From Callorhinchus milii (Eukaryota), in assembly GCF_018977255.1 (NCBI RefSeq), contig NW_024704767.1, positions 3,782,001-3,846,000 on the forward strand: a DNA stretch of 64,000 nt, given 5' to 3'. Positions 1 through 12,087 of the stretch are shown here, piece by piece (the stretch's first letter is position 1; the number at the start of each line of letters is the position of its first letter). A program made the translations under genes and the position numbers. The notes under the pieces were generated by a model. It was given only the letters and a program-made list of their open reading frames with translations. It was not told where the DNA came from and ran no database searches.

Positions 1-475
1 CAAAGGGCAACTTCAGGACAAAAATCAGGAAGTATTTATTTACCTAGAGCAATGGTTTTCAAACTTATTTGCGACTCACTCCCCTAAAACGTGAATATCC
101 CAATCATCCCACCATCCTTCTAGAACATACCATTTCACACGGTCCTCGGGAGATACAAGTCCATTTCCCCAGTGGCCTCTTGTCCCCCGGCTGGATAGTG
201 ACCAATATTTCAATTAGTGGCAATAGGGCAAACTGGTCATTTGTTTCTCTCTCTTTCCAAGGCTCAGCCACTCCTCATACTTGGTTGCCCTTAAGCAAGA
301 TGTCAGTAAAATGCTTGTGAGACAAGAAAAAATTCTTACTCAGTAACCTCAGTAACCTGAGGTGTCCCCTCCCAGTTTGAAACTGACCAAGAGGATAAAT
401 AATGATGGGCAAGAGTTTATGCAGGAGGATAGATGGGGCCAGGACACTGGAGTAATTTAAAAGCAGTTTGAAATC
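1..475 (+). mobile_element. CR1 LINE ORF2 C-terminal remnant, split by a hAT MITE (1-49 and 386-475)
   Basis: 1-49 reads KGNFRTKIRKYLFT and 386-475 continues with degenerate R-V-I/N...GARTLE.FKSSL, matching the CR1 ORF2 end F-R-T-x-x-R-K-x-F-F-T-Q-R-V...W-N-x-L-P...F-K-x-x-L-D. Confidence 0.6.
50..385. mobile_element. hAT-Charlie-type non-autonomous DNA transposon (MITE)
   Basis: Left end CAATGGTTTTCAAACT, right end AGTTTGAAACTG (degenerate TIR). 8-bp TSD ACCTAGAG (42-49) / ACCAAGAG (386-393) resembles the Charlie NTCTAGAN target. Confidence 0.65.
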
Positions 476-870
476 AATTGAATCTTTAGATTGCATGTTT
501 TGCAGAGGTGAGAATATAATCCTTCTTGAATAAATTTGTTTTCATTGACATCAAACTCAAAGCTTTAGATTCAGAACTTCTCTGAATCTGGAGGTCAGAA
601 CTGAATTCTCCATTGACTTTATCTAATGCAGGCTGAGGCTTCTGAGGAGATGTACCCATGCTAAAGACATCTCTGGAGGTGCACTGCGCTAGTCATGCCT
701 GCTTTTCGGGAGCTAAACCAGTTCAAACAGGTAAGTTCAAGAACACCTGATATTGGGTCAATTCGGAATATTCGAACACAACCTCTGAGGTCTTTCTTTA
801 TCTGGTGCATAAATTCACTTGATTTTTTTTTGCAATCACAGTTTACTGAAATACATTCTGGTCTCACTAC

Positions 871-1026
871 CTTAAGTGCCCATGAATTAAAGGAGGGGAA
901 ATGGAGATGATTTTGCAACCAGAAAACCTACCACAGAAACTGTGCCTTACCGTAAATGGGAGAGATTCTCTTCCTGCTGCTGTGAGTAAGGGGAAGTAGG
1001 ATCCCCAAACTATTTTATTCTCACAG
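871..1026 (+). repeat. ~157-bp direct repeat, copy 1 (copy 2 at 2173-2329)
   Basis: Manual alignment gives about 8 substitutions and 1 indel between the copies. Confidence 0.95.
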
Positions 1027-1340
1027 AGAATGTTATATTTGAATATCCAGCACTCCAGAAAATGAATGTACATTATAACTATGAGGATGACATTTGTAAT
1101 AATATCTTAACTCAATGCAATAATTAACACAAGGATAAAGTTAGAAACTACCTCAAATGTTCCTCCTGTGTATTGTAAAAATGTTCCTCATCATTAATTT
1201 ATTCTAAAAGAGTCTAACCATAAGTGCACAGTGCATTGTAGTGCTGTGTAATCACACCATTTTTATCAAAACCATCTGATAAACAGAGTTTACAAAGCAA
1301 TGAAATCTATGCGATTGTGGAAGAGTATGCATTTTGCAAG

Positions 1341-1510
1341 ATCACAAAAGTGATTCGGATGAAGAAGGCCCTTTGGCCCATTTGATGTTATCCTTCGAGA
1401 TTACCACTCTACCATCTTGTCATCACAGCATAAAGCAGTTTATGGAAAAACATCCAGTGTCCCAGTCTCTACCATGCTTCCTGTTAACTTGTATATTTTG
1501 TGGGTGAAAG
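1341..1510 (-). mobile_element. Degraded CR1 3' end
   Basis: GAAGAAGGCCCTTTGGCCCAT resembles the reverse-complemented CR1 terminal hairpin, followed by CTCTACCATGCTTCCTG...GTGGGTGAAAG (reverse of FT.RV..W..LPG.V). Confidence 0.45.
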
Positions 1511-2172
1511 ACAGCAGTCAATTATATTTCCACAGCAAGCAACAAATGTAAGCAATCACTTATTGGAAGTTCCTGATTACTCCTTTTCAATCAAAGTTTT
1601 GGTTCCAGGATATATAAAAGATCATTCACATTCCCATTGGGAAACTTCCACTACCAATTCCAAAGGCCACACTGGAACTAGTCATTTGGATCCAAGCAAC
1701 AGCAAGTCCAGCTTGGTTCATTTGCTGACTTGCAGGAGGTTCAACGTCAAACTGATACAATATCTAGCAAGTAAAGACAAGACATAGATGAATCCCCTTG
1801 AACAGGAACACAATCCATCCACCACGATCCATAAGTCTCAACTACACAGATCAGTTTGTTACAGTGGAGAGCATAACATAGGAAACTTCTCTTACAGGAG
1901 CCAATAACATATGGCCTTATCACTCTTTAATTCTGCATTGTTTTTAGACATAAAAACTATTGTGATCCAGAAGTATTAAAGGAGAGGGGATACTCATCCT
2001 CATACCTTCTCGCAGGCCAGTCATCCTATGTTCACAAATTTGTCTTGCTTTTGGAGATTCAGTCTCTGGCTATAACAGACACAGAAGATTTATAGTCCCA
2101 GATTTGAGGAAGATTCTGCCATCCAACCACCATCCATTTTATAACTGACAGCTAGTTATTGATTGGAAGAGG

Positions 2173-2329
2173 CTTAAGTGCTCATGAATTAAAGGAGTGG
2201 GAAATGGAGATGATTTTGCAACCAGAAAACCTACCACAGAAACTGTGCCTTACCGTAATTGGGAGAGATTCTCTTCCTGCTGCTGTGAGCGAGGGGAAGA
2301 AGAATCCCTAAACTATTTCATTCTCACAG
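2173..2329 (+). repeat. ~157-bp direct repeat, copy 2 (DIRS YR N-terminus in its expected position)
   Basis: Aligns to 871-1026. Confidence 0.95.
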
Positions 2330-2363
2330 TTTCCAAGGATCTCTGAGATCTTTAATCAATAAC

Positions 2364-2445
2364 ACAACAATGCCTGTGACATAGTCTTTTTGATGTCAAA
2401 TGTCTCGAAGCGCTTCTCACGGATTTGCTGTAATGTTAAGTGATT
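2364..2445 (-). mobile_element. Degraded SINE/L2-type 3' tail
   Basis: ATGTCTCGAAGCGCTTC..CAC.GA matches the tail of the SINE family. Confidence 0.5.
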
Positions 2446-5400
2446 TTAATGGAACAGCTTGCTGACACTCCATTTGTATACCCTTGTCATAGAAAAGTAG
2501 AAGAGTGAGGGAAAGAAGCTGTTTTCCTCACCATGAATGAGCACCATTGAATGGAAGGTAGAACCAACATGGTAATTTATGTTAGAAGTAAGGAAGCGCG
2601 AAGGAGTAAATCTTTAGCAGGTGTAAGTTTGAGTTCAGCACAAGCCTTGGGTTCTTCGTAACATCTCTGTCCCACCTTTGAAGATCCCAAATAAGTTTAT
2701 GTAGCAGAAAATACCAATCTTTGCCTGTTCAGTTTTGTTTGTTTAATACTGAGCTGGGAATATGGCAATTTACTACGTGTTTGAATAAAACACCAATGAT
2801 CCATTGAACTGGCAGAACCAAAGATCTGCCACTATGGATGTTCAGGTATGTCTTGCTTGGAAAGATAGGCAAGATAGATTGGTGGAATATTATTTAGACA
2901 TCCCTTACTGTCTATAAATAAATGTATATTTTCACATTATTGAAACACAATAATGACTTACAATAATGACATTAGTATTTCTATTGTTAATGTAATAACT
3001 CTGATAATCTATGACCTTTTCATATGGTACAATTTACCTATACTGCTGAATGTGAAAGCAATTTGGTAGTCACTGGATAATTGTTAACCTGCTAATTATT
3101 AATTTTTTTTCTCCTCTGCGGTGGCATTAGCACTATTTCACAGTCACCACTTATCGTAAAATCCTAGAGGATTAATGGATTCACTTATGCCGACTAAAGT
3201 CTTTAAATTGCCTCGATTATCTGTGCAGAATGAAAGAATAATGGTTATTTGTCATTGCATTTAGGAGCAGGATAGATTGTCCACACAAAACAGATTAACC
3301 CTCTGAGGGCTGCATTGGGTATTTCAGTATGTTTTTTGCAGTAAATATTAGCAATGGGTTTAGTCTTTGGCTAGGATATAGCTGGTCACAAGATATGGAT
3401 TGTTTTTTCTTCTGTTAGAATCAGATTTTTTCCTTCTCTTATTGCTGTTGTAAACATTTTAATGTTAAATATAAACTGTTATTTCACTGAAATCACTCAC
3501 CGTTCAGTGGCATACTGTCAGCAGTATTTGCAATTTGGCAGCTAGATTTGTTTTATTAAGTAGGCAATGACATTAAGTGCTAGAATCAGAACACACGTAG
3601 GGCAGAAAATGACCGGCAGAGGAAATACAATTGTAAAGTAATTAAAGAAAACATAAAGAGAAAGAAATGCTCTATTCAGAGGCAAATAGGTCAGAAATGG
3701 AGGGTTGCGGTAATGCAGGTGAGAAGGGATTAAAGCATTAAATTAGAGGTCAGAACTATTCACACACTAATAAATTCATGGGCTTGTTGAAAGTGCATTG
3801 TCTCTAGGGTTTTGGTTATGGAACACAATAACCCCTGACTGTAGCTCTTGCTTTATCTATAGCCTTTTTAAACAGTGCAAATTTGAAGAGTAGAAGTGGT
3901 GATCAGGTAGATAGAAATATAGTACAATAGACAAAGACCATAATAGAGACACTGTTCACTATGACAAGATGTAAGAAGATGTTGAAATGAAAGATTCCTG
4001 CCTCCACTTTGAAGAGTTAAATTGGTGGCCATTAGCAGACTAAAACTGAAAGGTGAATGTTACATCTACCACCAATCCACCTTGTAACCAAGGAAAGCAC
4101 TGACACCGGAGACAAATTGATAGAATCAAAAGACCACAAAATGAAATAAAAAGAAAATGAATGGGGGCGATCAAGAGGCTTAAGTGAAAGCAAATACAGT
4201 ATGTGGTTAATTGATCAGGAGTAAAACTTCACCTAACCTGATGGAAATTGGATGTTAACTAAGGTTGGGCAAGCCATCTCAATTTGGATTTGGAGAGCTT
4301 CAAATCTGATTGCTCTGAATATGAATTTAAAAGGATCTTCATTATAATCTGTCATTGCCACATGTATTGCCTCACTATGTCAACAGGGATCAGATCCATT
4401 CTCCCTTACTAGACCAGCATGGATTTGAATGCTTGGCCACTGAACCATCATGGTAAACCATGTTAATCACTGATCCACAAGAAAAAAAGGACACTAACCA
4501 ATTAACTACTATTCTACTTGCAAAAAACTCTACTGCAGTACTAGTCATTATGCATAAGCACTGATCTTTGCCATAACTGATAACAGAAAATAGCATTGCT
4601 CGTATGACTCCAGCCTATGAGTAGAAATAAATTAATGAATAGTCTGTTTATGGTGCTTTAAAATTCTGTGATAACAATGGATTGTATCAAATAAATGAGA
4701 CGTACATTTATTCAATTATTTCTGCATAATTTTTCAAAGCTATATTGTTCATGGCTCTTTTAACTCCTTTAAGAAAACTGAGAGTTCACCTATTAGCTAC
4801 ACCTAGCCTTGTAATTTAGAATCGCACAGAATTATAGAAAACATTTAAAATCAACCTTAATTTGGAAGCAAGTTGTCTTTTCTTATGCAGGAAACACCTC
4901 CAAATCAAGTCTGGATTTAACAATTTTCCTCAGTTATGGAAGACAAAAACGGTTTTACAGGCTGAGACAGGGTGGTAATTCTGACCTTGAATGGACCATT
5001 ATGTGAATAAGAGTGAAAGCAAGAGATTGCCCACAGGCTTCTGTCAATGAGACCTATTAGACAGATTCCAGAAGTTGCACAAGTGCTGCCTGGGTTGATT
5101 TGTCTCCACACCATGTGGAGAAACATCTGCTTACTGCTCCGTATCTTCACCCCATTGACATGGTTGTGACTGGTAAGTCACTGCAGGGGGGAACCATTGG
5201 TCCAAACCCAGGTCCCACCATTTCCTTAGGATGAAGAGGAGCAACAATCATGGTAAGATTATTCCAAAGTATTTTATTTATGTGGGAAAATAAAACAACA
5301 TTCAATGAATTGATGTGCAGGGCTATGCATAACTTATCTTCTTAAACTCACTCAGCACATCTATAAATTAGACATTTACAGGTAGTCATGATCATGTCCA

Positions 5401-7137
5401 AGATACAGTCATGTGTACATAATCTGTACAGTCAAGGTATCAACAGCACTGCATGGCAAAGTGATGACTCTATAGCGTTAGGTTACCAAATATCACACAG
5501 AGGATCTATAAACAATGATGGTGCTCACTGAGTTTGGCTCTGAATTATATTTTATTGAATCCTGAAAACACTCACTGACACAATACCCTCATCTCTCTGT
5601 GTGTCTGTAACTGAAACTGGTAACACCCACAATATATCACTTATGTGTATAAAACCCACTGAAATGCTAAGCCATCCTAAAAATTAACATGGTATTGACC
5701 TGAAGGCCATTTTTTCAGGAATATATTTAAAAAAGGAATACAATTTGTAGGATCAAAATACTTTATGATACTTTCCTAAGTTTGGACACTTATGTGCACT
5801 GTTAACCCTGCAAGCCAAAACCCTAATGGGTTCGAGCTGAACAAGCAGTGGAAAGCTTGCCAGACTGTCCTCTCAATGCAATACTATGCAACTTTAGATG
5901 GTTAAACGTCAGCAATACCTCAACTCACACCCTATGCTCCATGGTGGCATAAATATGTGGAAGTCTCAGTGTGGTTTGGATGCTCTTAAGCATGCATGAT
6001 GGATTTCTACATGTGTCAGACATCCAGCTAGCCAAATAAAATGATTAAAAACAATGGATACTGCCTGTGCGTTTAAACTGCCAACAGTGTTAAAGGAAGC
6101 CAGGAGCAATAGACTAAAGTGTGATCTTTAGACCAACTTGTTAATAGTGCAATCATGTCATAGGTACCTGTAAATATCTATTTTTATAGATGACATAAAA
6201 TGTGCTGAGTGATATTTAAACCAGTTTACTTGCACTTCAAAAGTTACTTTCTAATCAGTTGTGTATATATATGTAATCTATGCTCCACAAATCAAAGGTG
6301 TCAGATCGCTTCACAACTTACCAGTACTGGGAGCTTCTAAGGTTACAGCTAAGAAACTGCAACCTTGATTGTACTGGGAAGAGAAAGCCCATACCGTAAT
6401 CAATATAAACAGGATTGAAAATTGGCTGTTGTGAAGGGGATATATGTAGGTAGAAGGTAGAGAAAGTGAATTTCCTTTTGTATTTGCTAAAATATCTTCC
6501 TGGCAATTAGCAAAATCAATGTAGAATTTTGTCCCTGCACAGGATACGTTTTTTTCAGCTCTGCTAAGAAAACTCTGTAAGGTGCCCATATCTGCAAGTT
6601 GCGAGTAATATGCAATTGAGAGCTTACTGGATTTTGACACAATGTCAGTGATGGAACATTACTTGATGCAGTCATCTTTGATGTTAACATTGATTCCTGC
6701 ATACGGATATCACAGGGAACACACTATTCCGCAGTGTCATTCAGATAATTCTGAGAACCATACAAATAATATGTAAAAAAAAACTTACCTCTTATATTTT
6801 CACCTGGTTTCAATAGGAGAACTGATATTAGAATAGTCACTTTTTGACTGAAATGTTAATAGCTAATAAGTTAAGCTGGAAGTTGCAGAACTGTTTTCCA
6901 AACCCTTTTAGCTTTAAGTATTGGCTGAAGAGTTCCCTTATGGATCCTATCTTGGCACAGCTCACATGAGTTACATAATAATGCATACGCATACCTAAAG
7001 CAAATTATTTGAGACAGTCTATTTGATTCTTCCATTTATAATTAGGAACTTCAAATGCTTCAGGAATAACTGGCCAAATTGAGCTGCCTTGAGTTAATTG
7101 TTCCCTAAACTTGTCAGTATAATTCACAAAGGGCAGC

Positions 7138-7197
7138 TAGGAAAACACAGGAAAACAGGGACAGGTGGAGGCTATTCAGCCCATCGAGCCTGTATTA
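7138..7197 (-). mobile_element. CR1 3' terminus
   Basis: GGACAGGTGGAGGCTATTCAGCCCATCGAGCCTG is the same motif as at 22173 and 38988. Confidence 0.65.
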
Positions 7198-10100
7198 CCC
7201 ACGCTTGTGATTAATTAAATCATTATTAAATAACACACAACCACTTTTCTTCAATGTTTCTAGACCTGACAGTTCAAGTCAGCCATGACGGTTTATTGAA
7301 GAAATCAAAATAAGAGGGGAATTTGTGTACATTTGACATCACTTTTATTATCATTCCATTGGTCGGTGACCTTCAAAGTGTTTGAAAGGGTTTTCACAAT
7401 ATCTATTAAATCTTACAATAATCGGATTATACAACTAACAGACATAATTGTAAAATCTTAATTCTTGCTGCATTTGAAGTATTATATAGTGCTATGAAGT
7501 ACTATAAAGTATCAATTCTGTATCAAAAAAATCATGTTGTTTCAGTTCTGCCATTCACAGGAGCTGACTTCATTTCACGTTTTCAGTTTAAATGGTGAAT
7601 TTAGCCTCACATTTTTCCGCTAATCGTGCACACCAACGCTGCATATAATTAGTCTCATGAGATAAGAACCCTAAAAACTATAAAAAAGACTTGTTTTTTT
7701 CCTACTTCATGTGATTGATCTGAAAACTGAGTGAAGTTGGAACTGCCTCTTTATCTGTGTCTGCCTGTGTTGTTTTAAAAGTAAGAACTTTCAGTCAACC
7801 AAAAGCAAGTCTAGCCTTTCTCCTTTTTGATGGCATCTCAATTATTGTACTTTTCTAGCTGCGTTACATCCAGATCCTCCTTTTGTATTATTCTCTTAAA
7901 TGAAGGACGTTCAATGTCTTATTCCAGGTCGATTGTCTGGAAACCTCACACATAGCTTTGTCTTTCCTGTCTCTGCTGATGGCAATAGACCACTTAGCGG
8001 AAAAGAGTGCATTACTGTGTTAAAGGCCATAGATCAGGGGTGACCATATTTCTCATTAAGAGTAGGATCCAAAGTATATACATAGCCAGTCTAAAATCAA
8101 TATTTGTTGTGCTCACGTGATCAGAAGTGGTGAAGAAAATTCTGTAATTGGACTCTTATGTCAAACAACCGATGCCTTAAATAGATCTCTTCTATTTGAC
8201 ATTTGTTTGTTTGATCTTGTACAAGCTGCATTAGAGTTATGTTATTTCATTGCCATTTAATGTCAAAGATAACAGGTCACATGTGAATATTCATATCTGA
8301 GACCAAGGTTACTCGAAGTTCAGGACAGTAGCTATGTAACTGTATTGTTTGCTGCTCCACTGTTGACTGGTACTTATTTTAAAGCGTGTAAACCAAAGCC
8401 TTTGAGCAAATTATCTTTAAGTACTGTCACTGAATTACAAACAGGTTTTGAAATGTGACAATTTATATAAACAAGAAGCAAGGTATGTACATATTACTAA
8501 AATATTAAAGATCTTCGTTTTCTATCCATCAGCCCAATTTTTTTTAGTAATTTATCATGTTACGATCTCTCAAACATACAGTATTTCTTGCCACGAGAAA
8601 TAGCATTAACCGTCTGTCTTTCTATGTAATAGCGAACATATATCAGTCTGAGGTGGTACTAATTAATTTTTAATGTTAATTGTAAGATAATTCCAAAGAT
8701 GCTGTGATTTCCATTGGCATGTGCACCTTTTGAAACATAAATTGAGTCTTCTTATCAAGTCCAATGTTTTTAATGACTTGCTTCAAAGAAAATAGCCACT
8801 GAATGAAAAGTTACCACATGTGATAATTGGCCACAGGCTTTGTTGAAGGGATTATATAAAATATGCACAATTTCATTAAGGTCAGAGTATGCCATTTTCC
8901 ATTAAAACATTCTCAAAAAGATTAAAGAAAATAAACTCAGAAGCTGGCACATCATTAGTTAGAACAAGTCCATTTATATTGAGTGTCTAGGTTAGATGCT
9001 TATTGAAATACCTTTGCATACATTTAATCAATAATTAAACAAATGAACGGATTAACCCTTACCGAAAGGAAATAAAACGCTGTTCCAAACGGTGTGGAAA
9101 AATGTTGAGATGTGGCTCATAAGAGTTAAAACTTGGACGTGACTTCTAGAATGCATTAGTAGGTTTCACTATTGCTGAGATGTTTATACTTAAGTGGTTG
9201 TATTTACATACAGGCTATTTCTGCACCGAGGAGGCAGCATGCTTTCACTCTTAACACCAGACATTTATTTTGTTGCCTTCTCTAAACTGTCACTAACTGC
9301 AGTCCATTTTCTGTCGAGAGGAAAGGAATTTCAGTGAATTTTGATATATTTGAAGCAGAATGATCGTTCACTTTGGTAGGGCTAGACCATGTTTCAATAA
9401 GACAAATGACATCTGAGTGCTAAAATGGCAGCCAATGATAACTCATTGTAAGGAGATCGGAAGAGTAAGGATTGAAAGCACTAGCGCAAGAGTAATTGAA
9501 AAGCATGTGTAAGAAAAACATATTTAGCTCTACACAATTACTTATGATATGAATGGTTTGGGAATTTAACCCTTCACAATATCAAGAATGCTTGTTTGAA
9601 GTATCTTTCTGGCAATTTGGAGTGGAGCATTAGTAATTTTGGTTGGTATATTTTTAAGATTCAATTAAGGTAGGTATTCCCAGGACTGACATTGAAATGC
9701 TGGGATCCACATTGCAGCTATTGCAACTGGTTCACTGATGCCACTGACTTATTCAATGGCTGCAGCTACTGGCAATAGTCAACATTAGTTGAGTTATGAT
9801 GGGTGAGTATGTGTGTGTAGATGGGGGGGGTGGGGGGCAGTGGGGTGTCCCATAGATAGCAGCCATTGATCAGGACATTTTCAGGGATGGAATATCCCAC
9901 AATGTGATAATTAGAACTGGTGATAATTGTCACAGTGCATATTACATTTGAACCCCATTAAGGTTCAAAGCAGTTATCATAAAAATCATATACCAAATTA
10001 AATTTTTATTATTATTATTACTGAAATTTATGGCAGCTGCAGGCCCCCAAATGTTTACCTCTGGATTTTAAAAAAGATTAATTAATAATTGATGTTCAGC

Positions 10101-10624
10101 TAAAATGCCCAGTTTGTGAGTATATTACCATGGCAGGTAAAGGAGGATATGTGTCTATGAGGTCTGTTGTCATACTGGATGAAGAGAGTCCTCTATCTTT
10201 TAACATGCTGGTCTAGTGGGGGATATTCCCAATGGCATTTATTTCCCTGACAGCTGAGAGATAGCAGCTGTCATTCACCAGCCTTATGCTTCAACCCTTG
10301 GGTTTCTGAAATATATAGTTGCAATTTATTCCTTTTTATTCTCCTCTCCATTCCCCCACCCCCCATCTTTCCATTTAAAAAATGATCTGGCTCCTCCTTC
10401 GATGTGTCCAATGTCACAAACCATTGTAAATGGTCAAGCAGATGGTACACAGCCAGACATTTGCCAATGGCACTGGCACAGGGTGACTGATCCATGGCTT
10501 CTCCCTCCATTGCTGTGTGGAACCACCTTCGTTTCATAGATAGCCAAAGAGCAAGAGTTCTGCACAGCAGAGTGCAGTCCAATATGCTGCATGCACAACT
10601 GTATAGCCTTTCACTGAATGAAAG

Positions 10625-10825
10625 TGTGCAAATTGGCTGCCGCTTTCGCCTATGCACAAAATACACAAAGTACACATTGCAGTGTATTCTGTGAAACACT
10701 TTCAGACATCTCGAAAACATGATAAGATGCTATATTAAATGCACGGATTATTATTTTTTTCTGTGAAACGCTTTCAGACGTTCTCCTGACGTGAAAGGTG
10801 CTCATATCAACTGTAAGGATTATTA
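10625..10825 (+). mobile_element. Deu-SINE 3' part plus a second tandem tail
   Basis: GTGCAAATTGGCTGCCGC...ATGCACGGATTATTATT, then a second CTGTGAAACGCTTTCAGACGTTCTCCTGACGTGAAAGG...AAGGATTATT. Confidence 0.85.
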
Positions 10826-11437
10826 AAAGGATTACAAGTGTATGTGTGCATGTTTTGATACATTACTACACCTATACTCATTTCTATATACAGGAAACTC
10901 TCATTGGGCTTCATGCCTGGTTGTATTCTGAATGCCCTGATTGAATTGCTTTAGCTTAATATACATTGATGCTAAAAACAAGCGATGAAGAGGTTAAAAC
11001 ATAAAAAGTGTAACATGAGCTCTGATGCAAAGTCGGTCTTTGCAACACATGGCACGCTTTGATAGTGCACTGATAAACAGTGCCCAACGCTTACTCAGCA
11101 ATGTGTTAAAACATTACCAGTGTGCGATTGTAAAAGTTATCATCAAACTTGCCTCCCAACTGTATAACACTACTGATGAGCTGAAACAAATTTATTGATA
11201 TATAAAAAAATACAGCGGGTACATGTATCTTCTATTATCTTACCTTGTCCAGGTGTGTTCTAAGTTGGTATTAATTGCAATATCATTTAATGCAGTTGGA
11301 TCTTGGCTGCTATTTGCTTTTAATTACCCCAGTGCATTCTGTTTCCTTTTTACTGACAACCATTAAATAGGGAGTGACACTAGCTCCACGGTGGTGTCAA
11401 AGAGACAATAGACTTCTCTTTGGATAAAAGAGGCTGC

Positions 11438-11455
11438 AATGCCTCCTAGTGGGGA
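11438..11455 (-). promoter_or_regulatory. Candidate CTCF site
   Basis: Minus strand CCCCACTAGGAGGCA is close to the CCASYAGRKGGCR core. Motif match only. Confidence 0.4.
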
Positions 11456-11826
11456 GCGACTGTATTAGCTACCTTTTTAATGTAAAAAAATATGCCTTGT
11501 GTAGTGTTCAGCAAATTCTTTTCATCTAAGGGGATTAGCACTCAACCCATCTGAAGTAAATGAACCCTGGTTAGTATTCTTAGAGATGTGTAGTGTGCCA
11601 GTATTCGTAAAAGTATTATTTAGCTCCATGGTTTCCCTCTCAGTTTGACGGAGGGGATTTAAATCATTTAAAACAAAATATTTTAAAATAAAATAATTTA
11701 ACTTAAATAAATCAAGCACATGACTGGAAATACTGCACATTCCCACCTTTACTCAATTCTCTGTTGAGCGTTGTTAATTCATGTTGACACTTACGGCAAA
11801 AATAAATACCAAATTATACCTGGAGA

Positions 11827-12087
11827 TAATAATAATAATCCTTGCATTTGATATCGTGTCTTATGTCTTTGAGATGTCTCAAAGTGCTTCACAGAATATA
11901 CTTTACAGAATATTCCATTTAAACTGGAAACACGGAATGAAGTCAGCTCCTGTGAATGGCAGAATTGAAACGATAGTAAAGTGATTTGACTGTATATTTT
12001 GAGGGTGAAACGCAGCAGCCAATTGCTCACAGCAATGGCCCACAAACATTTGTGGATTGAGTGACCAAATAATTATTATGTTTTTGG
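11827..12087 (-). mobile_element. Young-type SINE 3' part with 73-bp internal insertion
   Basis: (AAT)n-CCTTGCATTTGATAT tail. Aligns to the 48286 copy except for an insert at 11903-11975. Confidence 0.85.

Larger units (their letters stand above)
640..2730 (+). mobile_element. Decayed DIRS1-like tyrosine-recombinase retrotransposon (RT, RNase H, methyltransferase-like, YR remnants)
   Basis: Frameshifted motifs occur in DIRS order: SGG.LR..FRELNQF (RT, ~670-725); DPSN...MNPLE (RNase H TDAS / IN.LEL, ~1685-1805); VIQK.IKGEGILILIP and DL*SQ..G..CHP..LTA.LL.G (MT-like, ~1960-2170); ILQ.RKPTT..NWERFSSCC.ERG and VL..I..PPFE (YR, 2210-2690). Confidence 0.55.

Noticed and set aside
632-730. Plus-strand exon with a perfect CAG|GTAAGT donor
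   Set aside because: All three frames are closed, the acceptor is weak, and it overlaps the putative DIRS RT remnant.
871-2329. LTR pair or TRIM
   Set aside because: No primer-binding site and no TSD, and the repeat translates as a DIRS YR fragment.
8035-8050. hAT-Blackjack-like terminus GGGTGACCATATTT
   Set aside because: No matching opposite end or TSD found nearby.
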